A stretch of DNA of 63,950 nucleotides, the filler included, from Octopus bimaculoides (lineage: Eukaryota): assembly GCF_001194135.2 (NCBI RefSeq). It is 8 parts of 7 records of this genome, joined end to end, with 100 filler letters (N's around TTAATTAATTAA, not from the genome) between each part and the next. Parts side by side here need not be neighbours in the genome. Positions count along the whole stretch, not along the records: positions 11,014 to 21,652 come from NC_068996.1; positions 21,753 to 31,535 come from NC_068987.1; 6 more parts are not named here. The stretch is one strand, 5' to 3'. A program made the translations under genes and the position numbers. How positions within the stretch are numbered: the stretch's first letter is position 1; each line of letters opens with the position of its first letter. Below are positions 13,756-28,436 of the stretch, one piece after another. The notes below the pieces were generated by a model. It was not told the origin of the DNA. It saw only the letters and a program-made list of their open reading frames with translations, and did no database searches.

Positions 13756-14480
13756 GGTGTAGCTGTGTGGTAAGAAGGTTGCTTCCAAACCACATGGATC
13801 CGGGTTCAGTCCCACTGCGTGACACCTTAAGCAAGTGTCTACTACTATAGCCTCGGGCCGATTAAAGCCTTATGAGTGGATTTGGTAGACGGAAAATGAA
13901 AGATACCCGTCGTGGCATGGCTCAGTGGTTAGAGCGTCGAGCTTACAATCATGAGGTAGTGAGTTCAATTCCCGGACCGGTCTGTATGTTGTGTTCTTGA
14001 GCAAGACGCTTTATTTCGCGTGGATCCAGTTCACTCAGCCGTAGAAATGAGTTGTTACGTCACTGGTACCAAACTGTATCGGCTTTTGTCTCTCCTTTGG
14101 ATAAGATAAGTGGCTAGTAGCATGGCCGACTGCTGGTCTTTCATAAAACAACCTTGCCTAGATTTGCGCCCCGGGGGGGGGGGACTTTTTAGATACAATC
14201 CCATGGTCATTTATGACCATACAATCCCATGGTCATATAAAGGGTTTATATATATATATTTGTGTGTGTGTGTGTGTGTGTGTTTGTCCCCCCATCACCG
14301 CTTGACAATCGGTGTTGGTGCGTTTACATCCCCCATAACTTAACGGTTCAGCAAAAGAGACTGATAGGTTTAAAAAATAAGTACTGGTGTCAATTTGCTT
14401 TCTACTACAACCCTTCAAGGCGGTGCTCCAGCATGGTCGCGGTCAAGTGACTACAACAAGTAAAATAAAAGAATAAAAAA
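13756..14480 (+). mobile_element. SINE family C, split by a family B insertion
   Basis: Head 13756-13913 and tail 14248-14480 join into the family C layout. Confidence 0.8.
13914..14247 (+). mobile_element. tRNA-derived SINE family B with CORE-like central block, nested in a family C SINE
   Basis: A box TGGCTCAGTGGTTAG, B box GAGTTCAATTCCC, TTCTTGAGCAAGAC...CAGTTCACTCAGCCGTAGAAATGAG; sister copy at about 4185-4510 (+), related head at about 32050-32215 (-). Confidence 0.8.
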
Positions 14481-16263
14481 TAGACATTTCTTGTGCTGAA
14501 ATTATTAATATACTGTAGAAAAATATGAAGTCACTTAATTGTGATAGGTCACGAAAATTTGGGATATAAGTCTCACTAATGACAAAAGTGAAATTCTCGT
14601 CTGGACACTGTTACTAAATCCTCTTGACCATGCATATTATGCATATTATGTTTTTATGGCTTACCTTTACTAGGAGTAATCCAAAAACAGCGTTTGCTCA
14701 GACGATTTTTGTTAAACTCAGAAAATATGGACGCACCAATGATTGACCACGAACAGTATACTATATTGCAGTTAAAATAACATCACTTTTGCTTCTTTGC
14801 TCAGAGACGAGAAAAAGATTATCTGAACGTTAGATCCTTTATTCCTCGTTCTAATAATGAACTCTTAAATCCAATAGGTTAAATCTCTAAAATCCGACAT
14901 TGGACCCTTGCAATGCTGAAACAAAAATGCTGGAAAACTGCATTTGAACCCCCAAAGGAGGCCTTATGCAAACATAGTCATCTCATTCTACATATCTATA
15001 TTGGTGTCACGTCAAATCTAGAATAAATCTTAACACAGAAAAAATAAAAGCTAAAATAACGCTTAATGTTTTTATTTGTTTATTTCAAGACTGGTAATAT
15101 TCGGCAAGAAGTGAGTTATTATGCTCTCTTCTAGTTGGACACTGTAAGCAAAGCGTCTTCTAGGTGTCAGGCATCCATTCTTAGCTCACGATTTACCCAG
15201 AACTATAACTCCATTAAAACGACAAGCTATGATAAAAGCATGACTGGAAAACTATTTACGCGTCTAATATAAGAATCCTTGCCAATATCGTAACCTCGGA
15301 ACCTTTTGTGTGCAAAAGCAGCATTTGTAACGTAAGATTCTGCTCTTGAGTGAAAATTGCCAGTGTGTGTGTGTGTGTGTGCATATGTGAGCCAAAGGAA
15401 GTTATTTTATGGCATTCTTTCGTTTGAAGCAGTCAACTCGATCATATGGTCGACCATATGGGATTATATGAGTGTTCGTTAATTTTCGTAATTTTTTTTT
15501 TTTTTCTATGTTTTGAAGAGAGCAGATATTGAAAGAAAGAAGAAAGTGAAAAGGCTTTGCAGTGAGAGCATAAAGTGAAATATGTATGTATAGATGGACG
15601 CGTGTGTGTATGCGCGTGCATGTACGTGAGAGAGAGAGAGAGAGGGGGGACGTTTGTGTTGTCATGTATGTATTTTTGCACCTATGTGTAAGCTGCACTC
15701 TCTCTCTCTCACACACACACACAATATCTTTCAGATACGCGTACATAAATACATAAGCATACATCTTTTTGAATGTACGTGTGTGTGTGTGCTTTTGCAT
15801 GTGTGTGAAAGGGAGAGAGAGAGAGAGAGAGAGAGAGCGGTAGTGACTGCATTTCCTTTTAACAAATAGAGAAATGGATATCTTTTAATGACATTTTTTG
15901 CTGGTGAATTATTTTGATACAATATTTATGTGTACATTTTCATAAATGTGTGTTTGAGTAGAATTCCGCGCAAGCATCAGATGAAAGTGAAACATTAGAA
16001 GCAAATCGAAATATTGCACGAAAATGACCTCGAAATTGAGCGACTTGACATCGGTTCCGAGGTTATTTTTGTGAAAAACAGTAGTTCTGCCAAACACATA
16101 TTTTATTTGGTAGATAGATAATAAGCAACTTTCTTTGTTATAGAACAAATGTGACTAATTCGGAGAAACATTACATTCGTTATTCACACATCGTTACTCT
16201 CGTAATGCAAGACTTAGTCATTTCGGTTCACACACAAATACAAACTCTCTTTTATATGTATAC

Positions 16264-16313
<50 letters not shown>

Positions 16314-17239
16314 TCATTTTTCATTTTTTTATTTTATCTAGTTTCAGCTCATGAGCTGTGGCCATGCTGGGGCACCGCCATTTGGTGTTGCTACACAATT
16401 TTACTTCATGAATTTTACTTCAGGAATTGACATTTGGTGCATNNNNNNNNNNNNNNNNNNNNNNNNNNNNNNNNNNNNNNNNNNNNNNNNNNNNNNNNNN
16501 NNNNNNNNNNNNNNNNNNNNNNNNNNNNNNNNNNNNNNNNNNNNNNNNNNNNNNNNNNNNNNNNNNNNNNNNNNNNNNNNNNNNNNNNNNNNNNNNNNNN
16601 NNNNNNNNNNNNNNNNNNNNNNNNNNNNNNNNNNNNNNNNNNNNNNNNNNNNNNNNNNNNNNNNNNNNNNNNNNNNNNNNNNNNNNNNNNNNNNNNNNNN
16701 NNNNNNNNNNNNNNNNNNNNNNNNNNNNNNNNNNNNNNNNNNNNNNNNNNNNNNNNNNNNNNNNNNNNNNNNNNNNNNNNNNNNNNNNNNNNNNNNNNNN
16801 NNNNNNNNNNNNNNNNNNNNNNNNNNNNNNNNNNNNNNNNNNNNNNNNNNNNNNNNNNNNNNNNNNAAAGGAACATTATTAAACAGGGACCGGTTTCGAA
16901 TTTTAACAATCTTACCGACTGTCTATTTCTCTTCAGCCTGATTTGTAATGGAACCATAATCATCAGAACCCCATACAAAGTTGCCCACCGCCATAGGTGC
17001 GCGTGTATATGGTTCTGCTAATTACAGCTTAATGGTAAAATTCAAAAGTCTTCGTTTTGGCGCGCTAATTCCAGGAATATGTCTGCAGAGAATATTTACT
17101 GCGTCGCATATATCCAGTATGAGAACTCGGTAAGGGTTAATATATTATTAAAAAATAGGGTAAAAAATCATATATTAATTAATATCGATTAATTACCAGG
17201 AAGCTAGCACAGAGATTCAGAAACAGTATCTGCAATCTC

Positions 17240-17243
17240 AGGG

Positions 17244-17316
<73 letters not shown>

Positions 17317-18868
17317 CATTTCTTTTATTAGCCACACAGGGCTCAACCAAGATGGGACAAATACAATGTAGAGCTTTTCTTTTTGGCATGGGGAAGCAAA
17401 AAAAGTAGTGGGGTGTCGATCAAAAGGGATCGAGAAAAAAAAGCGATCAATAGGGATCATGTATCACAGTAATGTTCTCGTGTAAAAAAAAGGGAAGGAC
17501 AGTTTAGGTTTAGCCGTGGAAAGAAAAGCTTACGGAAAAGACCACGGTAACCTTGGTCAATATTGTCAATGTTATTGAAGACACTATAACAGTAAGTGAC
17601 TCTCTTTTGCCTTTTTGTTTTTGTTTTCTGGATTTTTTTACTCCTTTATAGTGTTATGCTCAAGGTGGCTCCGTCATTCACACGCGCCATCCTTGCTACA
17701 TTCACCCATCTTTTTTTTAAGCATTCACTAGACAAGACTTCCCTTTCTACTCTCACCTTCCTCTTCAGGTGATACTTGAAGAAGTTGATGAGAGATTGCC
17801 CAGAGAGGAAAGTCTTTGTCTCTAGACCTTTCAGACACGTCCACCATACACATTCTTTCGCCATAGCCACAAGTACGATGAAAATAGCTCTTCCTTCCCG
17901 TTTAAAGGAAGGAGGCGTGACAATATTCACAATAGNNNNNNNNNNNNNNNNNNNNNNNNNNNNNNNNNNNNNNNNNNNNNNNNNNNNNNNNNNNNNNNNN
18001 NNNNNNNNNNNNNNNNNNNNNNNNNNNNNNNNNNNNNNNNNNNNNNNNNNNNNNNNNNNNNNNNNNNNNNNNNNNNNNNNNNNNNNNNNNNNNNNNNNNN
18101 NNNNNNNNNNNNNNNNNNNNNNNNNNNNNNNNNNNNNNNNNNNNNNNNNNNNNNNNNNNNNNNNNNNNNNNNNNNNNNNNNNNNNNNNNNNNNNNNNNNN
18201 NNNNNNNNNNNNNNNNNNNNNNNNNNNNNNNNNNNNNNNNNNNNNNNNNNNNNNNNNNNNNNNNNNNNNNNNNNNNNNNNNNNNNNNNNNNNNNNNNNNN
18301 NNNNNNNNNNNNNNNNNNNNNNNNNNNNNNNNNNNNNNNNNNNNNNNNNNNNNNNNNNNNNNNNNNNNNNNNNNNNNNNNNNNNNNNNNNNNNNNNNNNN
18401 NNNNNNNNNNNNNNNNNNNNNNNNNNNNNNNNNNNNNNNNNNNNNNNNNNNNNNNNNNNNNNNNNNNNNNNNNNNNNNNNNNNNNNNNNNNNNNNNNNNN
18501 NNNNNNNNNNNNNNNNNNNNNNNNNNNNNNNNNNNNNNNNNNNNNNNNNNNNNNNNGGGAAAGCGCGCCGCACAAACGGTGACCACACCTGTTCACCGCT
18601 GTCTACGTAGAGCCGGAGATGTCGCAGTCTCAGCGCGTGTCTGCGCATCATCAACCACGGCATGCCCAGTCCTCCTTTTAACGGGTGTTGGCAGCAAACG
18701 GATCGCCTAACCATCGGAACGCTTCCTTTCCACAAGAAGCGGAAAAGGATGCGTTCCAGCTTGGTGATGGTAGGGTCGGGACAAGGAACGACGGTCAGGC
18801 GGTAGTAGATGACGGACGCGATGTACGTGTTCGCCACCTCCGCCCGACCTTTTAGGGAGATAGATAGA
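17240..18868 (-). mobile_element. 5'-truncated Tx1/L1-clade LINE (ORF2 C-terminal part, 3' UTR, (TATC)n tail) with 15-bp target-site duplication
   Basis: Minus-strand SLKGRAEVANTYIASVIYYRL...FLWKG...GGLGMP (post-RT region) and MAKECVWW...KRW C-terminus; ends AATAAAAGAAATG(TATC)n; AGGGAGATAGATAGA at both 17240-17254 and 18854-18868; interior partly N gap. Confidence 0.85.
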
Positions 18869-18908
18869 CAGATGGGTAGGCAGACATATAGCTTTATATT
18901 TATATACA

Positions 18909-19088
18909 GGCACATGCGTAGCTATATGGTAAGAAGCTTGCTTCCCAGCCACATGCTTCTGAATTCAATCCCGCAGCGTGGCCAACCAACGCCTGGTGAG
19001 TGGATTTGGCAGACGGAAACTGAAAGAAGATCGTCATATATATATATATTTATTTATTTATTTATTTATTTGTATGTATGTATGTATG

Positions 19089-19119
<31 letters not shown>

Positions 19120-19380
19120 GTGTGTGTCTGTGTGTCTGTGTATCTGTGAGTCTGTGTGTTTGTGTCTATGTTTGTCCCCCATCACCGTTTAACAAGCAGT
19201 GTTGGTGTGTTTATGTCCCCGTGACTTAACGGATTAGCAAAAGACACCGATAGAATAAGTACTAGGCTTTAAAAAAAATAAGTCCTGAGGTCGATTTGTT
19301 CGATTGAAACTGATCAAGGAGGTGCTCCAGCATGGCCGCAGTCAAATGACTGAAAACAAGTAAAGAATAGAAGAATAAAC
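18909..19380 (+). mobile_element. SINE family C with expanded internal microsatellite
   Basis: Head, GATTTGGCAGACGGAAACTGAAAGAAG, TA/TTTA/TGTC repeats, GGTGCTCCAGCATGGCCGCAG end. Confidence 0.8.
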
Positions 19381-20210
19381 GATAATACTTCTACACGTAC
19401 CTGCATGCACACATACACACCTACGTACACATACATATATATGCATACCGCACACACATACACATACATGCATCTATGCATCCGGGCATAGACACACAAT
19501 ACATGCATGCATACGTACATGCATAAGTACGTACATACTCACACATACAGACATACCATACATATATACACACATGCATATAAATATATTCATTTGATCT
19601 ATAAATGCTAGATACTTGAAAAAGAAGTCACGGAGGCATTATAATTACCATGCAATTAAACGACTTGAGGCAGAAATTTACCAATGCATTTCATGAAAAC
19701 AGTTGTATTAATTGAAAAGAACATGTAACTTGAAATTCCACAAATCTTTATTCCCTTTTGAAAGTTGTTGCATTATTCATGTTTTATTTATTGATAATTG
19801 CATTACACAATAGCTACAAAAGCGACACCAGCTACACGTTCTGAACAAATTGTTCAAGCAATCATTACTTAATACAGGACGTAGTTAATTAACTTCTTGA
19901 CATCTTAAATTCCTTTTGAACTTTTTCATTCAATATTGTTTAAAAATTAATCTAAAACTCAAGTTGTTTTGATGATTATGAATAATTAATATATTGTAAT
20001 GATTTTGGAATATGTTATACAAAGATTGAATTTAGGATTTAAAAAAAAAACTGACTGACACTGTTGTTAAGCTGTGTTTGGCAATAATTCTTTACTTCTA
20101 CATACAGGCTTTTGTCGTATGACAAGAACTTACAAATTGATACTAGCGCTAACATCCTCCCTTAAAGAAAGTGGTATGATGTAATTTTACGCACGGTAGA
20201 GTATGTATTT

Positions 20211-20597
20211 GGAAGCGCAATGGCCCAGTGATTAGGGCAGCGGACTCGCGGTCATAGGATTGCGGTTTCGATTCCCAGACCGGGCGTTGTGAGTGTTTAT
20301 TGAGCGAAAACACCTAAAAGCTCCACGAGGCTCCGACAGGGGATGGTGGCGAACCCTGCTGTACTCTTTCACTACAACTTTCTCTCACTCTTTCTTCCTG
20401 TTTCTGTTGTGCCTGTAATTCAAAGGGTCAGCCTTGTCACACTGTGTCCCGCTGAATCTCCCCAAGAACTACGTTAAGGGTACACGTGTCTGTGGAGTGT
20501 TCAGCCACTTGTACGTTAATTTCACGAGCAGGCTGTTTCGTTGATCGGATCAACTGGAACCTTCGACGTCGTAACTGATGGAGTGCCAACAGCAACA
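20211..20597 (+). mobile_element. tRNA-derived SINE family A, full length (partial copy at 1-330)
   Basis: A box TGGCCCAGTGATTAG, B box GGTTTCGATTCCC, (AAC)-like tail; body matches 1-330. Confidence 0.85.
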
Positions 20598-21831
20598 GAG
20601 TATGAATTCATAAACAATTGGTTGTTGATTTTAGCATGACTGAGTGACCAGGTAAATACTTCGTTATAAGTAAAATGAACTAGAAGTTGTTGGCAGCAGC
20701 TAATTAGCCACAAGGTGGATATCGGGACAAATCAAATATATTTAAATAATAAAAGCGAAATTTTGTCTATCCGTCTGGGACTCCTGTATCTCAATCTACA
20801 CTTGCTCTACATAGATATATTATACCTTTTTAGAATCAGGATAATCCTAGGATTGAAGATCTGCCCTTCATTTGGTTCTTGAACATCCAGCACTAAGGAT
20901 CCTATTTATAAGCATTTGGGTTGCAATTTCATGCAAGTAAATCTTGGCTGATTCACGCCATCTCGGTGGTGTTTGTCAGATGACGTCAGAGATCAAGGGG
21001 GAGATAAAGGTCATTCGTTTTGTTTACGTCGAGATAAGAACTTTGAGACCAACAGTTAGAATTCAACTTGGGACTGGAACAATAGAATGATTGCATTACA
21101 GAATTAATTCTCACCCGTCCTTGACCTCTGATGAAACACTCCACCGGGACATATAGTCACTATAGACGCATTGTAGTCATGCTATTTAGCTCTCTTTAGT
21201 TCTGGGCTGCAGGCCCAATTCGCCCTCCGCAGAAGCTAGGCTAAAAGTCCGCAAGGAGTGCGGCTTTTAAGCCAGAATTTTAATAAAATGAAGGTTATTC
21301 TGAAATTAGAATCATGGTTAAAAAGGAAAACTAATACAAGTACGATATAATGTTTCAAAAATCCGGATTTTATCTTTATTCATTACGTGTTTCAGCCATT
21401 TGACTGCGGCCATGCTGGGGGTATCATCTTGAAGGATATCAGTCGAATGAATCGACCCTATTATTATCTTTTTAAACCTGGTACTTATTCTATCGGTGTC
21501 TTTTGCCGAAGATATGGGGATGTAAGCACACCAATATTATTTGTCAAGCGGCAATGGAGGACAAACACAGACTCAAAGGCACACAGACGCACACATACAC
21601 ACAAAATACATACATATACAGTATATATGTATATATATATATATATATATATNNNNNNNNNNNNNNNNNNNNNNNNNNNNNNNNNNNNNNNNNNNNTTAA
21701 TTAATTAANNNNNNNNNNNNNNNNNNNNNNNNNNNNNNNNNNNNNNNNNNNNCTCGAAACTGAAAAATGATGACAAAAAGAGGAATAAATATGACCACCA
21801 CCACCACCACCACCACCACTTCCACCTACTG

Positions 21832-21897
<66 letters not shown>

Positions 21898-22441
21898 GTG
21901 CTGCTGCTGCTGTTGCTTGTAGAAGAAGTTGAAGAAGAATTAGAACAAAGATAACCTGGTAAAATCAAAGACAAAATCTCTCGAAGTAAAAAAAAAAAAT
22001 GAACGTATAAAAAGAAACTCTATTCATATTAGGAACGAAAATGCAGATTGAATACTATATCAGCTAGGTTGTATTATCGATCGAAAATCAATATAAAGTG
22101 CATAGAGTTTTCATCTCGGGGCAATTAGAAACAGTGATCTGCAGTTTCATTATATCTATCAGCTTTGATGTAATATAGCTATTGATTTTTAGTGATACTC
22201 GATACAGTTTGTTTCACAGGAGAAGTTTTGTTAAGCATCCAAAACATAGATGTTTTCCTTACTAACTTACAAGTATAGAGTAAAATAGCATGAACGCTCT
22301 GTTTATATATGTATATATCTTCGTGTATGTTTGTTTTATATATATATATATATATATTATATATACGCGTGTGTGTATATGTATGTATATATATGAATAT
22401 ATATGTATATATATATGTGTGTGTCTCTCTCTATATATAAT

Positions 22442-22539
<98 letters not shown>

Positions 22540-25112
22540 AGACGTTTAAGTTTTCAAACAAGAGGAGAAACGAACTCATTTCAGAAATTAGAGACGAGCN
22601 NNNNNNNNNNNNNNNNNNNNNNNNNNNNNNNNNNNNNNNNNNNNNNNNNNNNNNNNNNNNNNNNNNNNNNNNNNNNNNNNNNNNNNNNNNNNNNNNNNNN
22701 NNNNNNNNNNNNNNNNNNNNNNNNNNNNNNNNNNNNNNNNNNNNNNNNNNNNNNNNNNNNNNNNNNNNNNNNNNNNNNNNNNNNNNNNNNNNNNNNNNNN
22801 NNNNNNNNNNNNNNNNNNNNNNNNNNNNNNNNNNNNNNNNNNNNNNNNNNNNNNNNNNNNNNNNNNNNNNNNNNNNNNNNNNNNNNNNNNNNNNNNNNNN
22901 NNNNNNNNNNNNNNNNNNNNNNNNNNNNNNNNNNNNNNNNNNNNNNNNNNNNNNNNNNNNNNNNNNNNNNNNNNNNNNNNNNNNNNNNNNNNNNNNNNNN
23001 NNNNNNNNNNNNNNNNNNNNNNNNNNNNNNNNNNNNNNNNNNNNNNNNNNNNNCAAAATAAAAGAATTCTGTTCATTATCATCCCACCATATTTGCCGCT
23101 GAGCTGGGGTAATCGTTAACATATCGGGCGAAATGCTTGGCGTCATTTCGTCTGTCATCACGTTCTGAGTTCAAATGCCACTGGGCTCGCCTTTGCCTTT
23201 TATCTTTTCGGGGTCGATAAAGTAAATACCAGTTGAGTTCTGGGGTCGATGTAATCGACTTATCCCCTCCCTCAAATTTTCAGGCCTTGTGTCTATAATA
23301 GAAAAGATTATTCCACCATATTACAAAACATTATCGGCATTTCTGGTGACAGAAAAACAAAATATCTCAACATTTCACATACACATCCAATAAACTCACA
23401 TACTCAAACACACGCATTAGTTAGGAACACACAGCTATTAGACATAAAGACAAGTTATAATAATTGCACATAAAAAACGACTCACACAAACGAAAACTCG
23501 TAGGGAAAAGACGCACTTGACACACGCATGCATAAATCAATTAACAAAAATAGAAGGAATTTACTAGAACTAACATAAACACACACACGTGCGCAAAGAC
23601 GCTTACAAACTCATACAAACACCTAGAAAATACAGACTCAAGCATGGACGCATATGCACACACTCACACATGCACGCATGCAAAATACATACATACACAA
23701 TGAGTTCTTGAAAAAGAAAACGAATTCTCCGACAGCCGTTTGTTTATTAACTAAATACCTAATCTAAATAAAGGCGTACGTTTTATTAGCTCTAATTTTT
23801 TTCTCAAAGATCTCGTTTTTTCACCTAAGGCCGCTCTCTCTCTGTTTATCTCAGTCTCGACCACCTCTTTCTGTCCCTCTAATTCTCTCTTAGTTTGTTT
23901 TTTGTACTTGTTTCAGTCATTGGACTACGGCCATGCTGGGGCACCGCCTTGGAGGGTTTAGTAGAACAAATCGACTCAAGAATTAAAATTTTTTTATGCA
24001 TCTGGTGCTTATTCTCGCATTTTCTTACTGCTAGACCACTGGCTGGGGAGGGGGGTGAGACAGACAGACAAATACACACGCACGCACGCACGCACACACG
24101 CACGCACACACATATCTGGAGAATGCGAATCATTCTGCTTTGTTTATTTTGGGAAAACTCAACCATTTCTACGATCTGCTGTTACGTAGCCCTGTGCACC
24201 GATGAAATCTGTTACCTCGATGTAAGAACTATAAGATTCTCATCAGTTCCTTTTGCCCCTCAATGTCTAAAGTGGTATTTACACTGAACAACAGTGCACG
24301 TTTTTTTTGCTCTATGTCCTATGCGGTTATATCTTGCCCGTTGTGCTGACACCGGGTTGCTGTTGTTATTGGAATGTCCCACTAATATTCTACATTTTTG
24401 AAGGTGTGTATACTTTCTGGTTCCAGTGTGACTTTTATATGTCCGTCAGTGCAATCTTCCATGTGTATAGACATGTAAAGCTTCTCAACAATAATGTCAT
24501 GTCTCATGGGAAGGTAGTACCCTGCGGACAGCTTTGAACAATTACTGACGATGCTCACACTGGTATGGCACAATCACTTTTTATCACAACATGGACATCC
24601 TCATATATTTTATTGATCAGTAGTTACCTCGTGATTTTGAATAGCAAAGAAATAGCCTTCTAGCTGAAATGTGATGCACTTACTAAAGGCCCAAAGAATT
24701 TGCTTTTCCTGTCAATATCATTGGCATTTTCTAGTTTGATGGATATGTACCCATGCATAACTTTCTGCTGGCATGATGAATTTTCAGTGAATGTGTATAC
24801 ACACATAAATGTGTTGATATATATATANNNNNNNNNNNNNNNNNNNNNNNNNNNNNNNNNNNNNNNNNNNNNNNNNNNNNNNNNNNNNNNNNNNNNNNNN
24901 NNNNNNNNNNNNNNNNNNNNNNNNNNNNNNNNNNNNNNNNNNNNNNNNNNNNNNNNNNNNNNNNNNNNNNNNNNNNNNNNNNNNNNNNNNNNNNNNNNNN
25001 NNNNNNNNNNNNNNNNNNNNNNNNNNNNNNNNNNNNNNNNNNNNNNNNNNNNNNNNNNNNNNNNNNNNNNNNNNNNNNNNNNNNNNNNNNNNNNNNNNNN
25101 NNNNNATATATA

Positions 25113-25150
25113 TTAGGTTGGTGCGTAATTATTGCGGCTTTTTTTCAATA
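25113..25150 (+). mobile_element. Isolated mariner-type TIR remnant
   Basis: TA|TTAGGTTGGTGCGTAATTATTGCGG resembles the Hsmar1/MADE1-type TIR (recalled as TTAGGTTGGTGCAAAAGTAATTGCGG); partner end not found. Confidence 0.5.
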
Positions 25151-26955
25151 ACATTAATTCAACAAAAAATTTAAACAAAACGCCAAGTAGAAATTGAAGT
25201 AGCTGGTGAAAATGCTCCGGAAAAATCATTTAAAGATGTTTTTGCTAAATGTTGTTATAGACAGGTATACATTATGCATATATGCATATATATATATGTG
25301 TATGTGTGTGTGTATACATACAAGCATATAAGTACGTGCGCGCGCACACGTTCATAATATATGATTATATCCCCTTTTCGAGCTGCATTGAGCAATTGAC
25401 AAAGCAGGTGTCTCTTTCAAGGCGCTCGATAATTTTTTTACCTTACACTTAGGTACCATAAGATATTTAACAAACGCGACGAGAAATTATCGTAGTCTAC
25501 AACAGCGAAGTGGCGTGGAATATAGCAACCATGAATATTAGGAAATTGTAAACTAATATCATTAGGGATCACAGAACGCCCATTAGCTAATCAGTCCCTT
25601 AGAAAAAAGTTAGTATATAAGTGTAGTGTTACCATTAATGTTGCAGGCATTTATAACATAGAGATCACGTAATTTCAATTTAAACGGAGATTTTACAATC
25701 ATGTTCATTCATTTAAGTATTTAGGTAAACTCTAATCTCCATCTTTGGCTGAATAGATATTCGACCTAAAAATGATAGAAAACCCATATTTAGTTCTTTT
25801 TCTGAAATATATCATTGCTACTCATAAATAACACCCTCTGTAAAAGGCTTAACTTGAGGTCTCTGGATGAGACTTGCAATAGCAGCAACAATAAAAAACG
25901 TAGTAATGATAATTATAACAATGTTTTCAAATTTTGGTACAAGGACAACAATTTCGGTGGAGGAGATAAGTTTGTTACATCGACCCCAGTACTCAACTGG
26001 TACTTATTTTATCGACGCCAAAAGAATGAAAGGCAAAGTCGATAACACTGAAGAGCCAGAGATGAGGTACTGCACGAATGACAAGAAGGATCCGCATCAC
26101 TTTTAGAATGTTGGCATGGTAATTTCTAGTGGATAGACACCAATACTGATTTCCTGTGACAAAGTGCTCTGTTTCTGAGTTCAGTCCAGACGCAGCCAAC
26201 CTTTGATGGATAGGTCATATATGTATCAACATCGGTGTCACTTGCCCTTGTAGGGTATTTAACATGTAAAGACTTATTTCTGTTATTACGCAACTCTAAG
26301 ATTCCCCTTGGTGCATTCATTGGTTTTGCTTTTACAGTTGGTCTTTCTAGGTACTTAATTATAACAGACAAAAAGCGCCATCAGTTTTGCACCAGAGGAT
26401 ACAACATTATCTAATGGTTAATCCCTCGTTATTTTCGGAAATACACACGTACATATACTGGCGCACAAACATGCACCAAAATCCGCATACTTGCGAAGCA
26501 AACCTTTTAAGCACAGAGCCATGCTTATTTTTGTCTATGGTCTAACATCCGATATAGTTCATGTTAGTGTTTCTCAATGTTGCGTAAGTTTGTGGATTTT
26601 GAAATGAAAAAAAGATTGAGTAAGCACCGGAATAAAATACGTAATGAGTCGAACGAATAGGATCGACTAAATCCTTACAGGTTTTGCTCCGCAATAGCTT
26701 CGAGGCCTGAATCGATGCCTGAAATTAGTCAAATTACATACATACATACACACACACACACATATTTACATACAGACATACATACATACATACACACACA
26801 CATACATACATACATACATACACACACACATACATACATACATATATGTGTGTGGGGTGTGCATGTATATTTACGTACGCACACATACACACATAATGTA
26901 TGTAATAAATATGAATGAACAACCATATATATATATATATATATGCATGCACATA

Positions 26956-27023
<68 letters not shown>

Positions 27024-27687
27024 AATATATAAGTACACCTTAAGTTGCTTTGATAGAAAGCTCACCAGACAACACATGCATACAAAAATATACATGGCAT
27101 AGATAACAGAGAGTGAGAGAGAGAGAGGACAGAGAGAGAGAGAGGAGAGAGAGATAGAGAGAGGAGAGATAGAGAGAGAGGAGAGAGAAATAGAGAGAGG
27201 AAAGAGAGAGAGAGTTAGTGATAGAGACATGTACACACACATACGTACGTTTATATACGCATACATTCATAAATATATACATATATAAACACATACATAC
27301 ATACATAAATATATACACACTCACATTTACACAGAAGAGCCGATAGCATATGAATGAGATGACAATGCTGTATGAAGAAGAAGCAATTTAGCAATGACGT
27401 TTATTATAGTAATCAAAGATGATATATTAATCAACACTTTTATATTTGGCACAAATTGACCAAAGGGAGTAGTAATTAAGCAAGTCTACACGACTCATAT
27501 ATGCTAAAACAATAAACGTAGAAATAAAAAGAAAACAAGGACAGATATAGACAAAAATATGAGAAGACATTATAAAATATAAATCATTTGAATGAGACAT
27601 AATGCAGAACATTCATAGATATGACACAAGTGATTATGCATGTATATGCATGTATGTATGCGTAATTATGCATATATATATATACAT

Positions 27688-27777
<90 letters not shown>

Positions 27778-27984
27778 GCACGTAGATAGGCGCACATTTA
27801 CATACGCGCACGCAGGCACACGCACTTATGTATGGTGTGAATGTTTTGTGCGCGTATGAAAACTTAAAAGCCACATATACAGACACACACAGATGTGTCT
27901 GTATGTGTGCGTATATGTGTATGTATGTATACATATACATACACACATACATAAATACATACATACAAACATACATATACATAC

Positions 27985-28026
<42 letters not shown>

Positions 28027-28119
28027 ACAGAAAGAGAGAGAGAGAATGAGTCAAGTTTTGACTGCTATATCTAGCATGATGGTATCTCTTAGATACCCTT
28101 AATTATAATTTTGATATAT

Positions 28120-28289
28120 ATATCGCTAGCCACTACACATTCTTTATTTTCTCTCCTTGTTTCTTTCTGTGTTCCTTTGTGTGGAAGAGCGTAGGCTCGA
28201 AACGTTAAAGACTTTTTTACTTCCCGAGTGTTATACTAATACATCTGTTTGTTGTCTACACTACCTGTCTTTGCCTTTTGTCTTTCTGT

Positions 28290-28300
<11 letters not shown>
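28120..28300 (+). mobile_element. Short Penelope-type terminal element, copy 2
   Basis: GAAGAGCGTAGGCTCGAAACGTTAAAGAC...TAATACATCTGTTTGTTG is shared, inverted, with 39250-39445. Confidence 0.55.

Positions 28301-28436
<136 letters not shown>

Noticed and set aside
13914-13990. tRNA-like A and B boxes (also at 20211 and elsewhere)
   Set aside because: Heads of multi-copy SINEs with non-tRNA bodies; no complete cloverleaf supported.
15443-15460. 18-bp perfect palindrome CATATGGTCGACCATATG
   Set aside because: One such palindrome is not unexpected in 64 kb, and there is no supporting context.
16351-17021. ORFs of 150-300 aa dominated by X
   Set aside because: Open only because they read through N gaps.
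16938-17129. Exon-like segment (TTCAG acceptor, GTAAGG donor)
   Set aside because: Stops in all three frames and no link to a gene.
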